This document shows, piece after piece, positions 40,215-50,419 of a stretch of DNA of 64,000 nucleotides (its first letter is position 1; every line of letters begins with the position of its first letter). The DNA lies in NCBI GenBank assembly GCA_949293295.1, contig CASFCG010000016.1:78658-142657 (forward strand), given 5' to 3'. This stretch comes from an uncultured Cetobacterium sp. (lineage in GTDB: Bacteria; Fusobacteriota; Fusobacteriia; Fusobacteriales; Fusobacteriaceae). The position numbers and the translations under genes are program-made. The notes beneath the pieces are model-generated. The model was not told the DNA's origin. It saw only the letters and a program-made list of their open reading frames with translations, and searched no databases.

Positions 40215-41004
40215 ACTGCATTTTCACCTCACTTTTATTTTTAACTTCTATATTTTCATATTTTTTTAAGAGTTTTTCAATATCTCCTCCATTCAGTTTA
40301 TAATAATTTATCAATTCTATAAATTTATGATAAATAGTTTCTGTAAAGCAAAGTTTTTTAGAAATCTCTTTTATTTTTAATAGTTCAGATTCTATAACAT
40401 TATTTTTAATAGATTCAAGCATTTCTATTTGTGAAAACCATTTAAAAACCTCATCAATAGTGTTATCTATAAGTGTATATATAAACTCTTTTTCAAGAGT
40501 ATTTTTATCTAAATAGTCAGACACAACTTTTAAGATATATATTTGATTATGCTTAAAAAAACATGAAGCACTCTGAAAAACTCCAACTCCCTCCATGTCA
40601 ACTATATCTCCATTAATATCATCTTTTTTTGAGACCAACTTAAAGAAACTTTCTAAACTTCCCTCTTTAAAACTATGTTTAAATAGGATATCTGGGTAAT
40701 AGGGTTTAGTATTAACAGAACAGGTTATTTTATTGACTAATACGATATCTCCAATAGAAAAGAGAGAGCTTTTCGCTCCACAAATTCCTAAATTCACGAA
40801 AATATCTCTCTCATTTATATTCATCTCTTTTAAGGTGTGTGTTAATGCTATAGCACTTTCAATTATTCCTACACCAGTTATTATAAGAGTATAATGTGTA
40901 TTTTTGAAGAGTTGAAATTTTTTAAAACTGTTATCTTTTTTCAAGTTAAATTTAGTTATAAGAGGTTTAGCTTCAATTTGGGTAGCGACAGCAATATAAA
41001 TCAT
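40180..41004 (-). CDS. Nucleoside phosphorylase/MTA-SAH nucleosidase-fold protein with C-terminal extension
   Basis: A-x2-EA, TGVG, NLGICGA, GDIVL, VDMEG, KVVSD. Confidence 0.75.
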   Translation of the reverse strand: MIYIAVATQIEAKPLITKFNLKKDNSFKKFQLFKNTHYTLIITGVGIIESAIALTHTLKEMNINERDIFVNLGICGAKSSLFSIGDIVLVNKITCSVNTKPYYPDILFKHSFKEGSLESFFKLVSKKDDINGDIVDMEGVGVFQSASCFFKHNQIYILKVVSDYLDKNTLEKEFIYTLIDNTIDEVFKWFSQIEMLESIKNNVIESELLKIKEISKKLCFTETIYHKFIELINYYKLNGGDIEKLLKKYENIEVKNKSEVKMQFEKIRNEIMES

Positions 41005-41018
41005 AAATCTAACTCCTT

Positions 41019-42932
41019 TTAATTTTTAAATTTAGGGATAATCTCATCTTTTACCATTTCAATGAAATCTTCTAATTTCATACTTGATTGAGCTTGGTAA
41101 CCAAATCTTCTAACATTTACTTCTCCGTTCTCAACTTCATTTTTTCCAATAATCAATTGAATAGGAACTTTATATTTTCCATTTGCTTCTCTTATTTTAT
41201 AACCAATAGATTCAACTCTTGTATCTATTTCAACTCTAACACCAACCTCTTTAAGTTTTCTAACCACCTCTTGTGCGTAAGGGACAACTTCGTCATTGAT
41301 AGTTAAGACTTTAACTTGGCACGGAGCTAACCAAGTAGGAAATGCACCGGCATAGTGTTCAATTAATATTCCCATAAATCTTTCTAACGAACCATATACA
41401 ACTCTATGAATCATAACAGGTCTATGTTTTTCTCCATCCTCTCCTATATAAGAGATATCAAATCTTTCAGGGAGATTAAAATCTAATTGGATTGTTCCAC
41501 ATTGCCAAGTTCTTCCAATAGCGTCTTTTATTTTGAAATCCAATTTGGGACCATAAAATGCTCCATCCCCCGGATTAATTTTGTACTCTCTTCCTAGTTT
41601 TTTCAAAGCACCCTCTAGAGCAGATTCAGCTTTATCCCATATCTCTTGTGAACCGATAGCCTTTTCTGGTTTTGTAGATAGTTCTATGTTATATTCAAAA
41701 CCAAAAAGTCCATTATAAAATTTATCTATTAGATTTACAACTCCTATAATTTCACTTTCAATCTGTTCTGGCATCATGAAGATATGAGCATCATCTTGTG
41801 TAAAATTCCTAACTCTCATCAACCCATGTAAAGCTCCTGAAAATTCATGTCTGTGGACAATTCCTAGTTCTCCAGCTCTTATAGGCAGGTCTTTGTATGA
41901 ATGCATCATATGTTTATAAACTAAAACTCCACCTGGACAGTTCATGGGTTTAATAGCAAATTCTGTTTCATCAATTTCAGAAGTGTACATATTTTCTCGA
42001 TAGTTCCCCCAATGTCCTGAAGTTTCCCATAACTCTTTATTCAACATTATTGGAGTTTGTATCATATCATATCCAGCTTTCTCATGCTCTTTTCTCCATA
42101 AATCAGTCAAAACATTTCTCATTTTCATTCCATTTGGTAAGAAGATAGGAAATCCAGGTCCATAATCACTCACAAAAAATAGTTCTAACTCTCTACCTAA
42201 CTTTCTATGGTCTCTTTTTTCTGCTTCTTCTAAAAATTTTAAATGTGCTTTTAGTTCAGTTTCTGTTGGAAAAGCGAGTCCGTATATTCTTTGTAACATT
42301 TTGTTGTTAGAATCTCCTCTCCAATAGGCTCCAGCGACAGATTTTAATTTAAAAGCTTTTAAATATGATGTTGATGGTACATGTGGACCTCTACAAAGGT
42401 CTATAAAATCTCCCTGTTTATAAAAAGTTAACATCTCATTTTCTGGAATACTTTCGATTATCTCGACTTTATAGTTTTCACCTAATTTTTTGAAGTGCTC
42501 TATTGCTTCCTCTCTTATCATCTCAATTCTTTCGATTTTAACATTTTCTTTTACAATTTTTTTCATTTCAGATTCAATTTTTTCTAAATCCTCTTCAGTA
42601 AACTGGATTTCTGGGTCAAAATCATAATAGAACCCATTTTCAACAGCAGGTCCAATTGCTACTTTTGTATTTGGAAATAATCTTAGTACAGCCTGAGCTA
42701 ATAAATGAGCTGTAGAGTGTCTTAAAATCTCTGCTCCTTCTTCAGTTTCAGGAGTTATTATTTCAACTTTAGCATCTTTATCAAGAATATAACTCATATC
42801 AACTTCTCTTCCGTCCACTTTTGCTCCAATAGCTTTTTTAGCTAATGAGTTACTAATAGATTTTGCAATTTCGAACATATTCACATTATTTTCAAAATCT
42901 TTTATATCTCCATTTGGTAAAATAACTTTCAT
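41019..42932 (-). CDS. thrS: Threonine--tRNA ligase
   Basis: TGS domain, RHSTAHLLAQA, DLCRGPH, KPMNCPG, GAFYGPK, MIHR, GSLERF. Start reset to ATG 42932. Confidence 0.99.
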   Translation of the reverse strand: MKVILPNGDIKDFENNVNMFEIAKSISNSLAKKAIGAKVDGREVDMSYILDKDAKVEIITPETEEGAEILRHSTAHLLAQAVLRLFPNTKVAIGPAVENGFYYDFDPEIQFTEEDLEKIESEMKKIVKENVKIERIEMIREEAIEHFKKLGENYKVEIIESIPENEMLTFYKQGDFIDLCRGPHVPSTSYLKAFKLKSVAGAYWRGDSNNKMLQRIYGLAFPTETELKAHLKFLEEAEKRDHRKLGRELELFFVSDYGPGFPIFLPNGMKMRNVLTDLWRKEHEKAGYDMIQTPIMLNKELWETSGHWGNYRENMYTSEIDETEFAIKPMNCPGGVLVYKHMMHSYKDLPIRAGELGIVHRHEFSGALHGLMRVRNFTQDDAHIFMMPEQIESEIIGVVNLIDKFYNGLFGFEYNIELSTKPEKAIGSQEIWDKAESALEGALKKLGREYKINPGDGAFYGPKLDFKIKDAIGRTWQCGTIQLDFNLPERFDISYIGEDGEKHRPVMIHRVVYGSLERFMGILIEHYAGAFPTWLAPCQVKVLTINDEVVPYAQEVVRKLKEVGVRVEIDTRVESIGYKIREANGKYKVPIQLIIGKNEVENGEVNVRRFGYQAQSSMKLEDFIEMVKDEIIPKFKN

Positions 42933-42952
42933 AATACATCTCTCCAATCATT

Positions 42953-45900
42953 TTAATCTATTTCATCTATTTTTATTCCATCAAATAAATAGGTATCTGG
43001 ACTGACTTTATTTTTCTTATTTACAGAAGCACCAATTCCAAATATATTATTTTTCGGGAATGTTAATAATCTAAATTGCAGTGCAACACTCCATTCGTAA
43101 TCTTTTGTTCTGTATGAATAATCCCTTTCATAAGCAATTGCCCATTCATAATATCCAAACTCTTTTCCAATCTCCACACCAAAACCATCAAATGTACTTC
43201 TAGAATCCTTATCATTTCTTCCTGCTAGTTGGTCATAAAATTTTATGTATCCTCTCAAACTATAACTTTCAGTTGGTTTTCCAATTTTGGTTTTCAAACT
43301 AAATTCATGTTCTCTTTCTGAATCAATCCATCTATTAGCACTTGTATTATAATCTGCCTTTTGATTATATATATATCCTAACTCTATTCTTTTGAATTGG
43401 TAAAATAATCTTGCTTCCAATCGTTCGATAGAATCAAAAACATCATTTTTAAAACCATCCTCTCCGATTTGTAACATTAATGAGGCGTGCATACCTTGTC
43501 GAGCGTCCCCTAAATAAGGGTGATATCTTCTTTTAAAATTTCCAAGAAAAAAACTATTCTCATTGTTTAGAGCTCTTTCCTCTAGAGTTTTTCTCATATC
43601 AGATATTTCACTTTCCGTTATTTCATCGGGGTCTTTCTCGTACTCCAATGTTGCTAAATCTCTTAACTCATCCTCAGAATAGTTTTTATCTTTATAAGTA
43701 TAAGATAGATATATCACATCTGAATTATATTTAGATAGATTTGGGTTCCATGCCCCTTTATTTCTATATTGAGAGTAAGAGGTTTGATATCTATGTTCAA
43801 TATTCCCTTTTATCTTGTATGATAAAGAATACTCTTTATTTTTATTCCTAATAACTCCTTGATTTAGTTGTATTCTCTTGTCAGCTCCTTCTAAATACTC
43901 TAATTTTAATTCATATTTATCAGTATTTAAACTATATCCATACACATTTTCAGTAATTTTTTCTACACTATCATCAATACCGTTAATTTTCCATATATCT
44001 GAGGTTATTTTTCTATTTTTAAAGTAAAATTTACTGTTTTTATATTTATAATTGAAATCAAAATTTTCAAGTAATAAATCTTTATGATTTTGATTTAGAA
44101 GATTTTTCTCAGTGTATCTACTTTGACGAGAATGACTTATTTCAAAACTGTTATTTTCATTTAAAGAAAAGTCCAATTTTTGTGAGATAGTCTCTCCTTT
44201 TTTGGTGTCATTTGTTGCTCTGGTTATGTTAGAGTAATTAATTGTATATTTGGATTTTATCTGACCATATTTAAATTCTAATTCATCATTTATTTTGTAA
44301 AAATTCTCCTTTGTTACTAATCTAATATCTTTAGTTATGTTTTTGGTTGAATTAGGTCTATAAGAAAACTTTTGAAAAGAGTATCCTATATCATTTCTTA
44401 ATAAAATCTCTTTATTAGAATTATCAACTTTGTTCACTAGGTCTATTGAGTGAGATAAATTGAACCTATACCTTAAACTACTATCATCAGTTGAAATTTT
44501 TTTCAGTGAATAAGCTTTTTTATACTCATCAAATCTAGTTTCACCACCAAGGTTTAATTCCCCAAAAATACCCAAGGATAATTTTTGTGCTTTCAAGCCA
44601 ATTTCATAGAACTGAGAATCGTTGAAAAATTTTCTATAATCTCCTGTAGAAGTATAGATTCCTTCACGGTCATATATAGTCTCTTTTGTATTACCTCCAG
44701 CAAAACTAAGTTCGAAATTATTATAGATAAAATCTAGATAACCTCTGTTTTCTTCGAAGTTATGATAAAGTATGTTTTCATATCTATTGTATTCAATATC
44801 ACGAATATTTTTATTTTGAGGATAATTTAGAGCTAGATTTCTAAATGGGTCAGCCTCCAATGATAATTTTTTTTCAAAGCTATCATAAGTATATCCAAAT
44901 CGATATTTTAACTCATCATAAAGGTTATATTCACCAAAAATTGCTTTAAAGTTTTTAGTATTATAGATAGAATACTCCTCTGTAGTCCAAGGTGTATAGT
45001 CAAGTTTGATTCCATAATACTCGATATCATTTTTATCACTAAAATTTGGTATTCTTTCCCAGCTATTTAATTTTCTAAATCTATTTCCTTTTTTATCATC
45101 ATAACTGATATCTATTTTATATTCTCTATCGGTCAGATTGAAACCAAAATTTTCCATCCTTGATTGTAAATCTTGTTTAGTTGCTCCTGGGGTCATATCA
45201 TACAGATAATTATAGTAAGCACCAATAGAATACCTGTCAGTTTCTTGTTTTAAGAAAAGATTTGTTTTTAAATCATAATCTGCAGAGATGCCATATCCTA
45301 AGTCATCCAAGTCATTTGCAACCATAATTCCGTATATTTCTTTATTTGACACAAGATTTACATCAGCTTTAATCTGAAGAGTACCGATATTAAGTTCAGA
45401 ATCTAAGTTATAGAATCCCAAATTTCCACCTTTATAAGGAACACCATCAATATATTTCCAATCTGTATTATTAACTCTAAAGTATTTGTCAATAGCATCA
45501 TCAAGTGATGAGATTAGGTTGTAAGTGGCATTTCTATAATTAAAATCAAGATAACCATTTTCTCCACTATAGCTATGCTTAAAATTAATATCCCACCGAT
45601 CAAAGTTTCTTTCTACATCATCTTTATCAGCCTTTTTATAAAATAACCAGTCTGTAACATTTAATTCTGTTTTTCCTAACTTTCCAAAATTAAACCAGTT
45701 TTCCATCCTTCCTATCATAAGCCCTATTTTATCACCAAATTTTGGAGCTAGACCACCTCTATAAAACTCCTCTCTTGCTCCCCATAAGACTCCTGTCGTA
45801 ATATTCCAACCATAAATACTATCAGTTCCCCATGTTGGAAATAAAGGAACATTGGAATTTTTTCTGATATTGAATCTAAACCAAGGAAATGAAAATGGTG

Positions 45901-46462
45901 TTATATCATATTTTCCAAGAAAAAAATCTATATTTTTTAAGGTTATTTGCTTATCAAGCTCTATTTCTATATCTTCTGCCTTAAAGTGATAACCGGCTTT
46001 TAATCTATCTTTGCTCTTCAAAACTGAGAAATCAGTAGTTAGCCACGAATCTTTTAAATAGATGGTATCATTCATATATTTAACACTATCTGCTCCAAAA
46101 TATATTTTATCATTTGGTTTTTCAGCTCCGGTCAGATTCCCAACTTGTAGATATCCAAAAGTTTTACTAAATTGCCCACTTTTTCCATTTAAATCAAACT
46201 TTCCATCATTTGAGGTAATATATGCGGATGTGGTCGGGTCAACCAATTTCAATTCAAATAGACCAGGAATGGAAGCAAGTCTTTTATCTTTATTAAAATT
46301 AGCCTCAAAAACCTTGATTCTTAAAGGACCATATTTTAATTTTAAACCATTATTAGAAGTTATGGTACCTAAATCTAAATCAATCTCTGCTTCATCTTCG
46401 GAATAAGTAGAGTTTGAAACTAAAAATATTATAATTAAAAGTAGTTGGATTTTTTTTCTCAT
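42953..46462 (-). CDS. Large exported outer-membrane protein, LptD-like
   Basis: Signal peptide; N-terminal beta-rich region ending PWFRFNIR...PLFPTWG...YGW, similar to the LptD jellyroll-barrel junction; many alternating aromatic strands. Family call tentative. Confidence 0.55.
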   Translation of the reverse strand: MRKKIQLLLIIIFLVSNSTYSEDEAEIDLDLGTITSNNGLKLKYGPLRIKVFEANFNKDKRLASIPGLFELKLVDPTTSAYITSNDGKFDLNGKSGQFSKTFGYLQVGNLTGAEKPNDKIYFGADSVKYMNDTIYLKDSWLTTDFSVLKSKDRLKAGYHFKAEDIEIELDKQITLKNIDFFLGKYDITPFSFPWFRFNIRKNSNVPLFPTWGTDSIYGWNITTGVLWGAREEFYRGGLAPKFGDKIGLMIGRMENWFNFGKLGKTELNVTDWLFYKKADKDDVERNFDRWDINFKHSYSGENGYLDFNYRNATYNLISSLDDAIDKYFRVNNTDWKYIDGVPYKGGNLGFYNLDSELNIGTLQIKADVNLVSNKEIYGIMVANDLDDLGYGISADYDLKTNLFLKQETDRYSIGAYYNYLYDMTPGATKQDLQSRMENFGFNLTDREYKIDISYDDKKGNRFRKLNSWERIPNFSDKNDIEYYGIKLDYTPWTTEEYSIYNTKNFKAIFGEYNLYDELKYRFGYTYDSFEKKLSLEADPFRNLALNYPQNKNIRDIEYNRYENILYHNFEENRGYLDFIYNNFELSFAGGNTKETIYDREGIYTSTGDYRKFFNDSQFYEIGLKAQKLSLGIFGELNLGGETRFDEYKKAYSLKKISTDDSSLRYRFNLSHSIDLVNKVDNSNKEILLRNDIGYSFQKFSYRPNSTKNITKDIRLVTKENFYKINDELEFKYGQIKSKYTINYSNITRATNDTKKGETISQKLDFSLNENNSFEISHSRQSRYTEKNLLNQNHKDLLLENFDFNYKYKNSKFYFKNRKITSDIWKINGIDDSVEKITENVYGYSLNTDKYELKLEYLEGADKRIQLNQGVIRNKNKEYSLSYKIKGNIEHRYQTSYSQYRNKGAWNPNLSKYNSDVIYLSYTYKDKNYSEDELRDLATLEYEKDPDEITESEISDMRKTLEERALNNENSFFLGNFKRRYHPYLGDARQGMHASLMLQIGEDGFKNDVFDSIERLEARLFYQFKRIELGYIYNQKADYNTSANRWIDSEREHEFSLKTKIGKPTESYSLRGYIKFYDQLAGRNDKDSRSTFDGFGVEIGKEFGYYEWAIAYERDYSYRTKDYEWSVALQFRLLTFPKNNIFGIGASVNKKNKVSPDTYLFDGIKIDEID

Positions 46463-46654
46463 TTAGATACCTCCTTTCTAAACATCAATCTATTTTATAC
46501 CTCACCATTATATCATAAAAAAGTAAAGGTTACCAATAGATATCTTAATAAAATTAATTTGTTAATCTTCTTTAAAATATCTAGAAAAATATTGAGTTGT
46601 TTAGTTAGCTATTCTATGTTAGAATAGATTATAAATTCTATAGGAGGGATAAGA

Positions 46655-47032
46655 ATGAAAAGAGTTATTAATACAAGTAAAGCTCCATCAGCGATAGGAC
46701 CTTATTCTCAAGCGGTAGAGGTAAATGGGACTCTTTATGTATCTGGGCAAATTCCTTTTGTACCTGAAACTATGACAGTTATTTCAGATGATGTAAAAGA
46801 GCAAACGAGACAATCATTGGAAAATGTTAAAGCTATTTTGGAGGCGGCAGGATACTCTCTAAATGATGTTGTGAAAGCTGGAGTATTTATTAAAGATATG
46901 AATGACTTTGCAGCTATAAATGAAGTTTATTCTGAATATCTTGGAGAGGTAAAACCGGCTAGAGCGTGTGTGGAAGTAGCTAGACTACCTAGAGATGTTA
47001 AGGTTGAGATAGAGGTAGTTGCGGTTAAATAA
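46655..47032 (+). CDS. ridA: RidA family enamine/imine deaminase
   Basis: [32 protein letters not shown]. Confidence 0.95.
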   Translation: MKRVINTSKAPSAIGPYSQAVEVNGTLYVSGQIPFVPETMTVISDDVKEQTRQSLENVKAILEAAGYSLNDVVKAGVFIKDMNDFAAINEVYSEYLGEVKPARACVEVARLPRDVKVEIEVVAVK

Positions 47033-47048
47033 GAAAAAATATAAAAAT

Positions 47049-47085
47049 AAAAAAGAAGAGTAGTGTTACAAAACTCTTCTTTTTT
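47049..47085. terminator. Bidirectional terminator between ridA and cstA
   Basis: AAAAAGAAGAGT...ACTCTTCTTTTT. Confidence 0.8.
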
Positions 47086-47097
47086 GTATTAAACTTT

Positions 47098-48480
47098 TTA
47101 TTGCTTTTTAGCTTTCATCATAAAGGCTATAAATGATATCACAGCAATTACAATCCCTACAATGTGTCCTATATTCTCAGACAGTCTAAAGCCTTCAGGA
47201 GCCACTAAGATATATGTTGTTACAACAGCTGTCATAAATACAGCTGGAATAGTAGCTATCCAGTGATTTCTTTTATTTTTTGCTAAGAATACTGCTCCTG
47301 CCCATAGAGCAATAGTTGCCAAAGTTTGATTTGACCAAGCAAAATATCTCCAAATGATTGTGAAATCAACAAAACATAATGCAACACCTATTACAAATAG
47401 CGGAATAGCAATTAAAAATCTATTTTTAATTGGACCTTGTTTGAAATTAAGTGCATCAGCTATGGCAAGTCTCGCACTTCTAAAAGCTGTGTCTCCAGAT
47501 GTAATTGGACATGCTACAACACCAAGTATAGCCAAAGCCCCACCAATTTTTCCTAAAATACTATTAGAGATAGTTGTAACTACAACCGCAGGAGCTCCAG
47601 CTGCTAAAAGTCCCTCAGTTCCGCCAAAGAAAGATACAGCAGCAGCAGCCCAAATTAAAGCGATAACACCCTCAGCAATCATAGAACCATAAAACACTCT
47701 TCTTCCTTCTGATTCATTCCTCATACATCTAGCCATAAGTGGAGATTGCGTTGCATGGAAACCAGAGATAGCTCCACAAGCTATAGTAATAAATAGATAT
47801 GGATAGATTGAAACATGTTTAGGATGAAGATTTTGGAATGTGATTTCCGGAATATCATATCCTTTTACAATCAATCCAATTGCAATTCCAATTCCCATGA
47901 TAAGAAGAGAAGCTCCAAATATAGGGTATATTTTTCCAATCAGTTTATCAACTGGTAAAACTGTTGCAAGTAGATAGTAAAGAACTATAATTCCAATCCA
48001 AATCAATTTATCCATTCCAACAATATTTGATAGGATATCTGCTGGACTAGTTACAAATACAACTCCAACAAGAATTAAAAGTACTACTGAAAAAACTCTC
48101 ATAATTATTTTAGCTTTATCTCCAAGATAGTATCCAACAATTTCAGCAATAGTTGTTCCATCGTGTCGAACTGAAAGCATACCAGATAAATAATCATGAA
48201 CAGCTCCAGCAAAGATAGAACCAAACACAATCCACAAGAATGCTGCCGGTCCCCATAGAGCACCAGAAACAGCTCCGAATATTGGACCTATTCCAGCAAT
48301 ATTAAGAAATTGAATAAGAAAAGCACGTTTCCAGTCAAGCTCAACATAATCCACTCCATCATTCAATCTTTTTGCGGGTGTTTCATTAGCCGAGTTCGCT
48401 CCAAACACTTTTTCAACGAACTTTCCGTATATTGCGTAACCCAAAAATAGTAAAACTAAAGAACCTAAAAAACTTAACAT
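47098..48480 (-). CDS. cstA: Carbon starvation CstA-family transporter (short form)
   Basis: TPA...DGVDYV, IAGIGPIFG, GAVHD, TIACGAISGFHA, FAWSNQ. Confidence 0.92.
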   Translation of the reverse strand: MLSFLGSLVLLFLGYAIYGKFVEKVFGANSANETPAKRLNDGVDYVELDWKRAFLIQFLNIAGIGPIFGAVSGALWGPAAFLWIVFGSIFAGAVHDYLSGMLSVRHDGTTIAEIVGYYLGDKAKIIMRVFSVVLLILVGVVFVTSPADILSNIVGMDKLIWIGIIVLYYLLATVLPVDKLIGKIYPIFGASLLIMGIGIAIGLIVKGYDIPEITFQNLHPKHVSIYPYLFITIACGAISGFHATQSPLMARCMRNESEGRRVFYGSMIAEGVIALIWAAAAVSFFGGTEGLLAAGAPAVVVTTISNSILGKIGGALAILGVVACPITSGDTAFRSARLAIADALNFKQGPIKNRFLIAIPLFVIGVALCFVDFTIIWRYFAWSNQTLATIALWAGAVFLAKNKRNHWIATIPAVFMTAVVTTYILVAPEGFRLSENIGHIVGIVIAVISFIAFMMKAKKQ

Positions 48481-48507
48481 TTTGAAACCTCCTTAATAAA
48501 TTTATAA

Positions 48508-49242
48508 CTAATTGTTTTTTAGCAGTTTTAATGTTAATGTTGTGAAAGAAACGATTGTAATAATTGGTGCTATAAATATTCCAATTAGTGGAATAAAGTA
48601 CAGAAAAGTGAATATTACTCCTCCAAAACATATTGAAAAAAAGTTTTTTTTCATGAACAGAATACTATCCTTTTGATTAAATCCTTTTCTTTCTAAAGTG
48701 TAGTCAACAAAGCTGTAACCTATGAAATAACTTTGAATTAAAAATATAAAAAATGGTACAAAAATACTAAGCAGAGGGATTAAGCCAAGAATCAGAATAC
48801 AAAAAGTAAAAAAAATCTCTTTAAAAAAATTTTTTAAAGTAATTATAACCCCTCTCTTTATAGAGTTAATATTTTCTTTAATTGAAAAAGAGTATTCTCT
48901 TCCTTCTAACTGTCTTTCCACTTTTTCTGAAAAATAGCTAAAAAATGGAGAGAGTAAAATTAATAGAATTGTTCTAAATAAAAAATAATAAATAGCAAAA
49001 AGAAAAATTCTAGTAAAAAAAATAAAAATATAACGAAACATATTAAAACTATTATCCAAGCTGAGATATTCTTTAATCTCTATAAAGAGTCTTTCGCCAA
49101 TTTTATTGGATAAAAAATAGAAAGTAATAAAAAGAATAGCTCCGATTATTCCACTGATAAAGTACCCCCATCTTAATTTACACTCTTTTATAACAGAGGG
49201 CGCATTCATAAATTCGTTCAAAATTGATACTTTATGTCTCAT
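48508..49242 (-). CDS. EI24/CysZ-like membrane protein
   Basis: SPFFSYFSEKVE, DYTLER, IPLIGIFIAP; about four TM segments. Confidence 0.75.
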   Translation of the reverse strand: MRHKVSILNEFMNAPSVIKECKLRWGYFISGIIGAILFITFYFLSNKIGERLFIEIKEYLSLDNSFNMFRYIFIFFTRIFLFAIYYFLFRTILLILLSPFFSYFSEKVERQLEGREYSFSIKENINSIKRGVIITLKNFFKEIFFTFCILILGLIPLLSIFVPFFIFLIQSYFIGYSFVDYTLERKGFNQKDSILFMKKNFFSICFGGVIFTFLYFIPLIGIFIAPIITIVSFTTLTLKLLKNN

Positions 49243-49285
49243 AATAATCTCCTAAGTTTATGGTTAAATTATATCATAAATAAAA

Positions 49286-50419
49286 TTAAAATTGAAGAGT
49301 TAAACCGAAATTTTCCATATCATAACGAAGTTTTGAAATTGTGATTTTGTTTAAATTTTTTGTCAGTTTATAACAAGGTATTTTCATATCTAATTTTGAA
49401 ATATACCCTAATTTTTCAAATTGCCTTAAAAATTTATAAGTTGATTCTATTGAAATATTCAATATTTGTGATATATCTTCCAGTGTTAATGCAGGTTCAT
49501 CATTGTTATAATTATCTATAAAAATAAACAATATTAATTTTCCAAGTCTAAATTTAGATTCAAAGCTGAGAGCAGAAAACTCATTAACTTGATTGTAACT
49601 TTGTTTATTTTGAAGTATGTAGGAAAGATGAGCTCCCAGTAAAATTAAAAACCAGATGATTTTTAGCCAGATTAAGGACAAAAGAAGCACAGAGAAACTT
49701 CCATATATTTTGTTATAAGTACCTATTAAAATTTGTAATTTTAATAGTAGTGTATTACTTTGATTTAACATAAGAGATATAAAAAAACTACTTACAATGG
49801 TGTACTTTATTTTAACTTTAGTATTTGGTAAAAAAGTATAAAAAAATAGAAAAAATAACCATGATGAAAGATAAGGAGATATTAGTTTTATAAAGTATCC
49901 TACAATCGAAAAATTTATAAAACTGCTAGTTAAAATATTATTAAACACGATACAGAGAGGTAGTAATAAAAATATAGTAAAATAATCTGTTACCTTTCTA
50001 AAGAAAACTCTTTGTGTATCAATTCCCCAAATACTATTCAAAGCTTTTTCAATTACTGAGAATATAGAGATTATAACCCAACCCAAGGAAAAAAATCCTA
50101 CTCCAGCTAACAAACCGTTTCTTGTGGTATTTAGAAGATTCTGAGTTGTCTCTAAAATTAGGTCAATAGTTTCCTTATTTAGTGGGGAGCTAGTCGCCAA
50201 CTGATTTAAGTAAAAACTATCTATTCCAAACCATCTTGCAATACTAAAAGCTATTGCTAAAATTGGAATGAAAAGTAAAATTGTGAAATAACAGAGGGTG
50301 TTAGTCCAAAGAGATGAATTAGAGTTTTTATAATTTTGAAAAGCCCATTTTAAAAATTTTGAAAAATCTTTTAAATATTCATTTTTTATTGTATAAAATA
50401 TCTTTTTTAAATCAATCAT
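49286..50419 (-). CDS. YihY/virulence factor BrkB family protein with C-terminal HTH-like domain
   Basis: IEKALNSIW, YTFLPN, YNKIYGSF, LLGA; soluble winged-helix-like C-terminal tail. Confidence 0.85.
   Translation of the reverse strand: MIDLKKIFYTIKNEYLKDFSKFLKWAFQNYKNSNSSLWTNTLCYFTILLFIPILAIAFSIARWFGIDSFYLNQLATSSPLNKETIDLILETTQNLLNTTRNGLLAGVGFFSLGWVIISIFSVIEKALNSIWGIDTQRVFFRKVTDYFTIFLLLPLCIVFNNILTSSFINFSIVGYFIKLISPYLSSWLFFLFFYTFLPNTKVKIKYTIVSSFFISLMLNQSNTLLLKLQILIGTYNKIYGSFSVLLLSLIWLKIIWFLILLGAHLSYILQNKQSYNQVNEFSALSFESKFRLGKLILFIFIDNYNNDEPALTLEDISQILNISIESTYKFLRQFEKLGYISKLDMKIPCYKLTKNLNKITISKLRYDMENFGLTLQF

Noticed and set aside
42933-42952. T-box leader for thrS
   Set aside because: Only 20 nt of intergenic space and no T-box motif.
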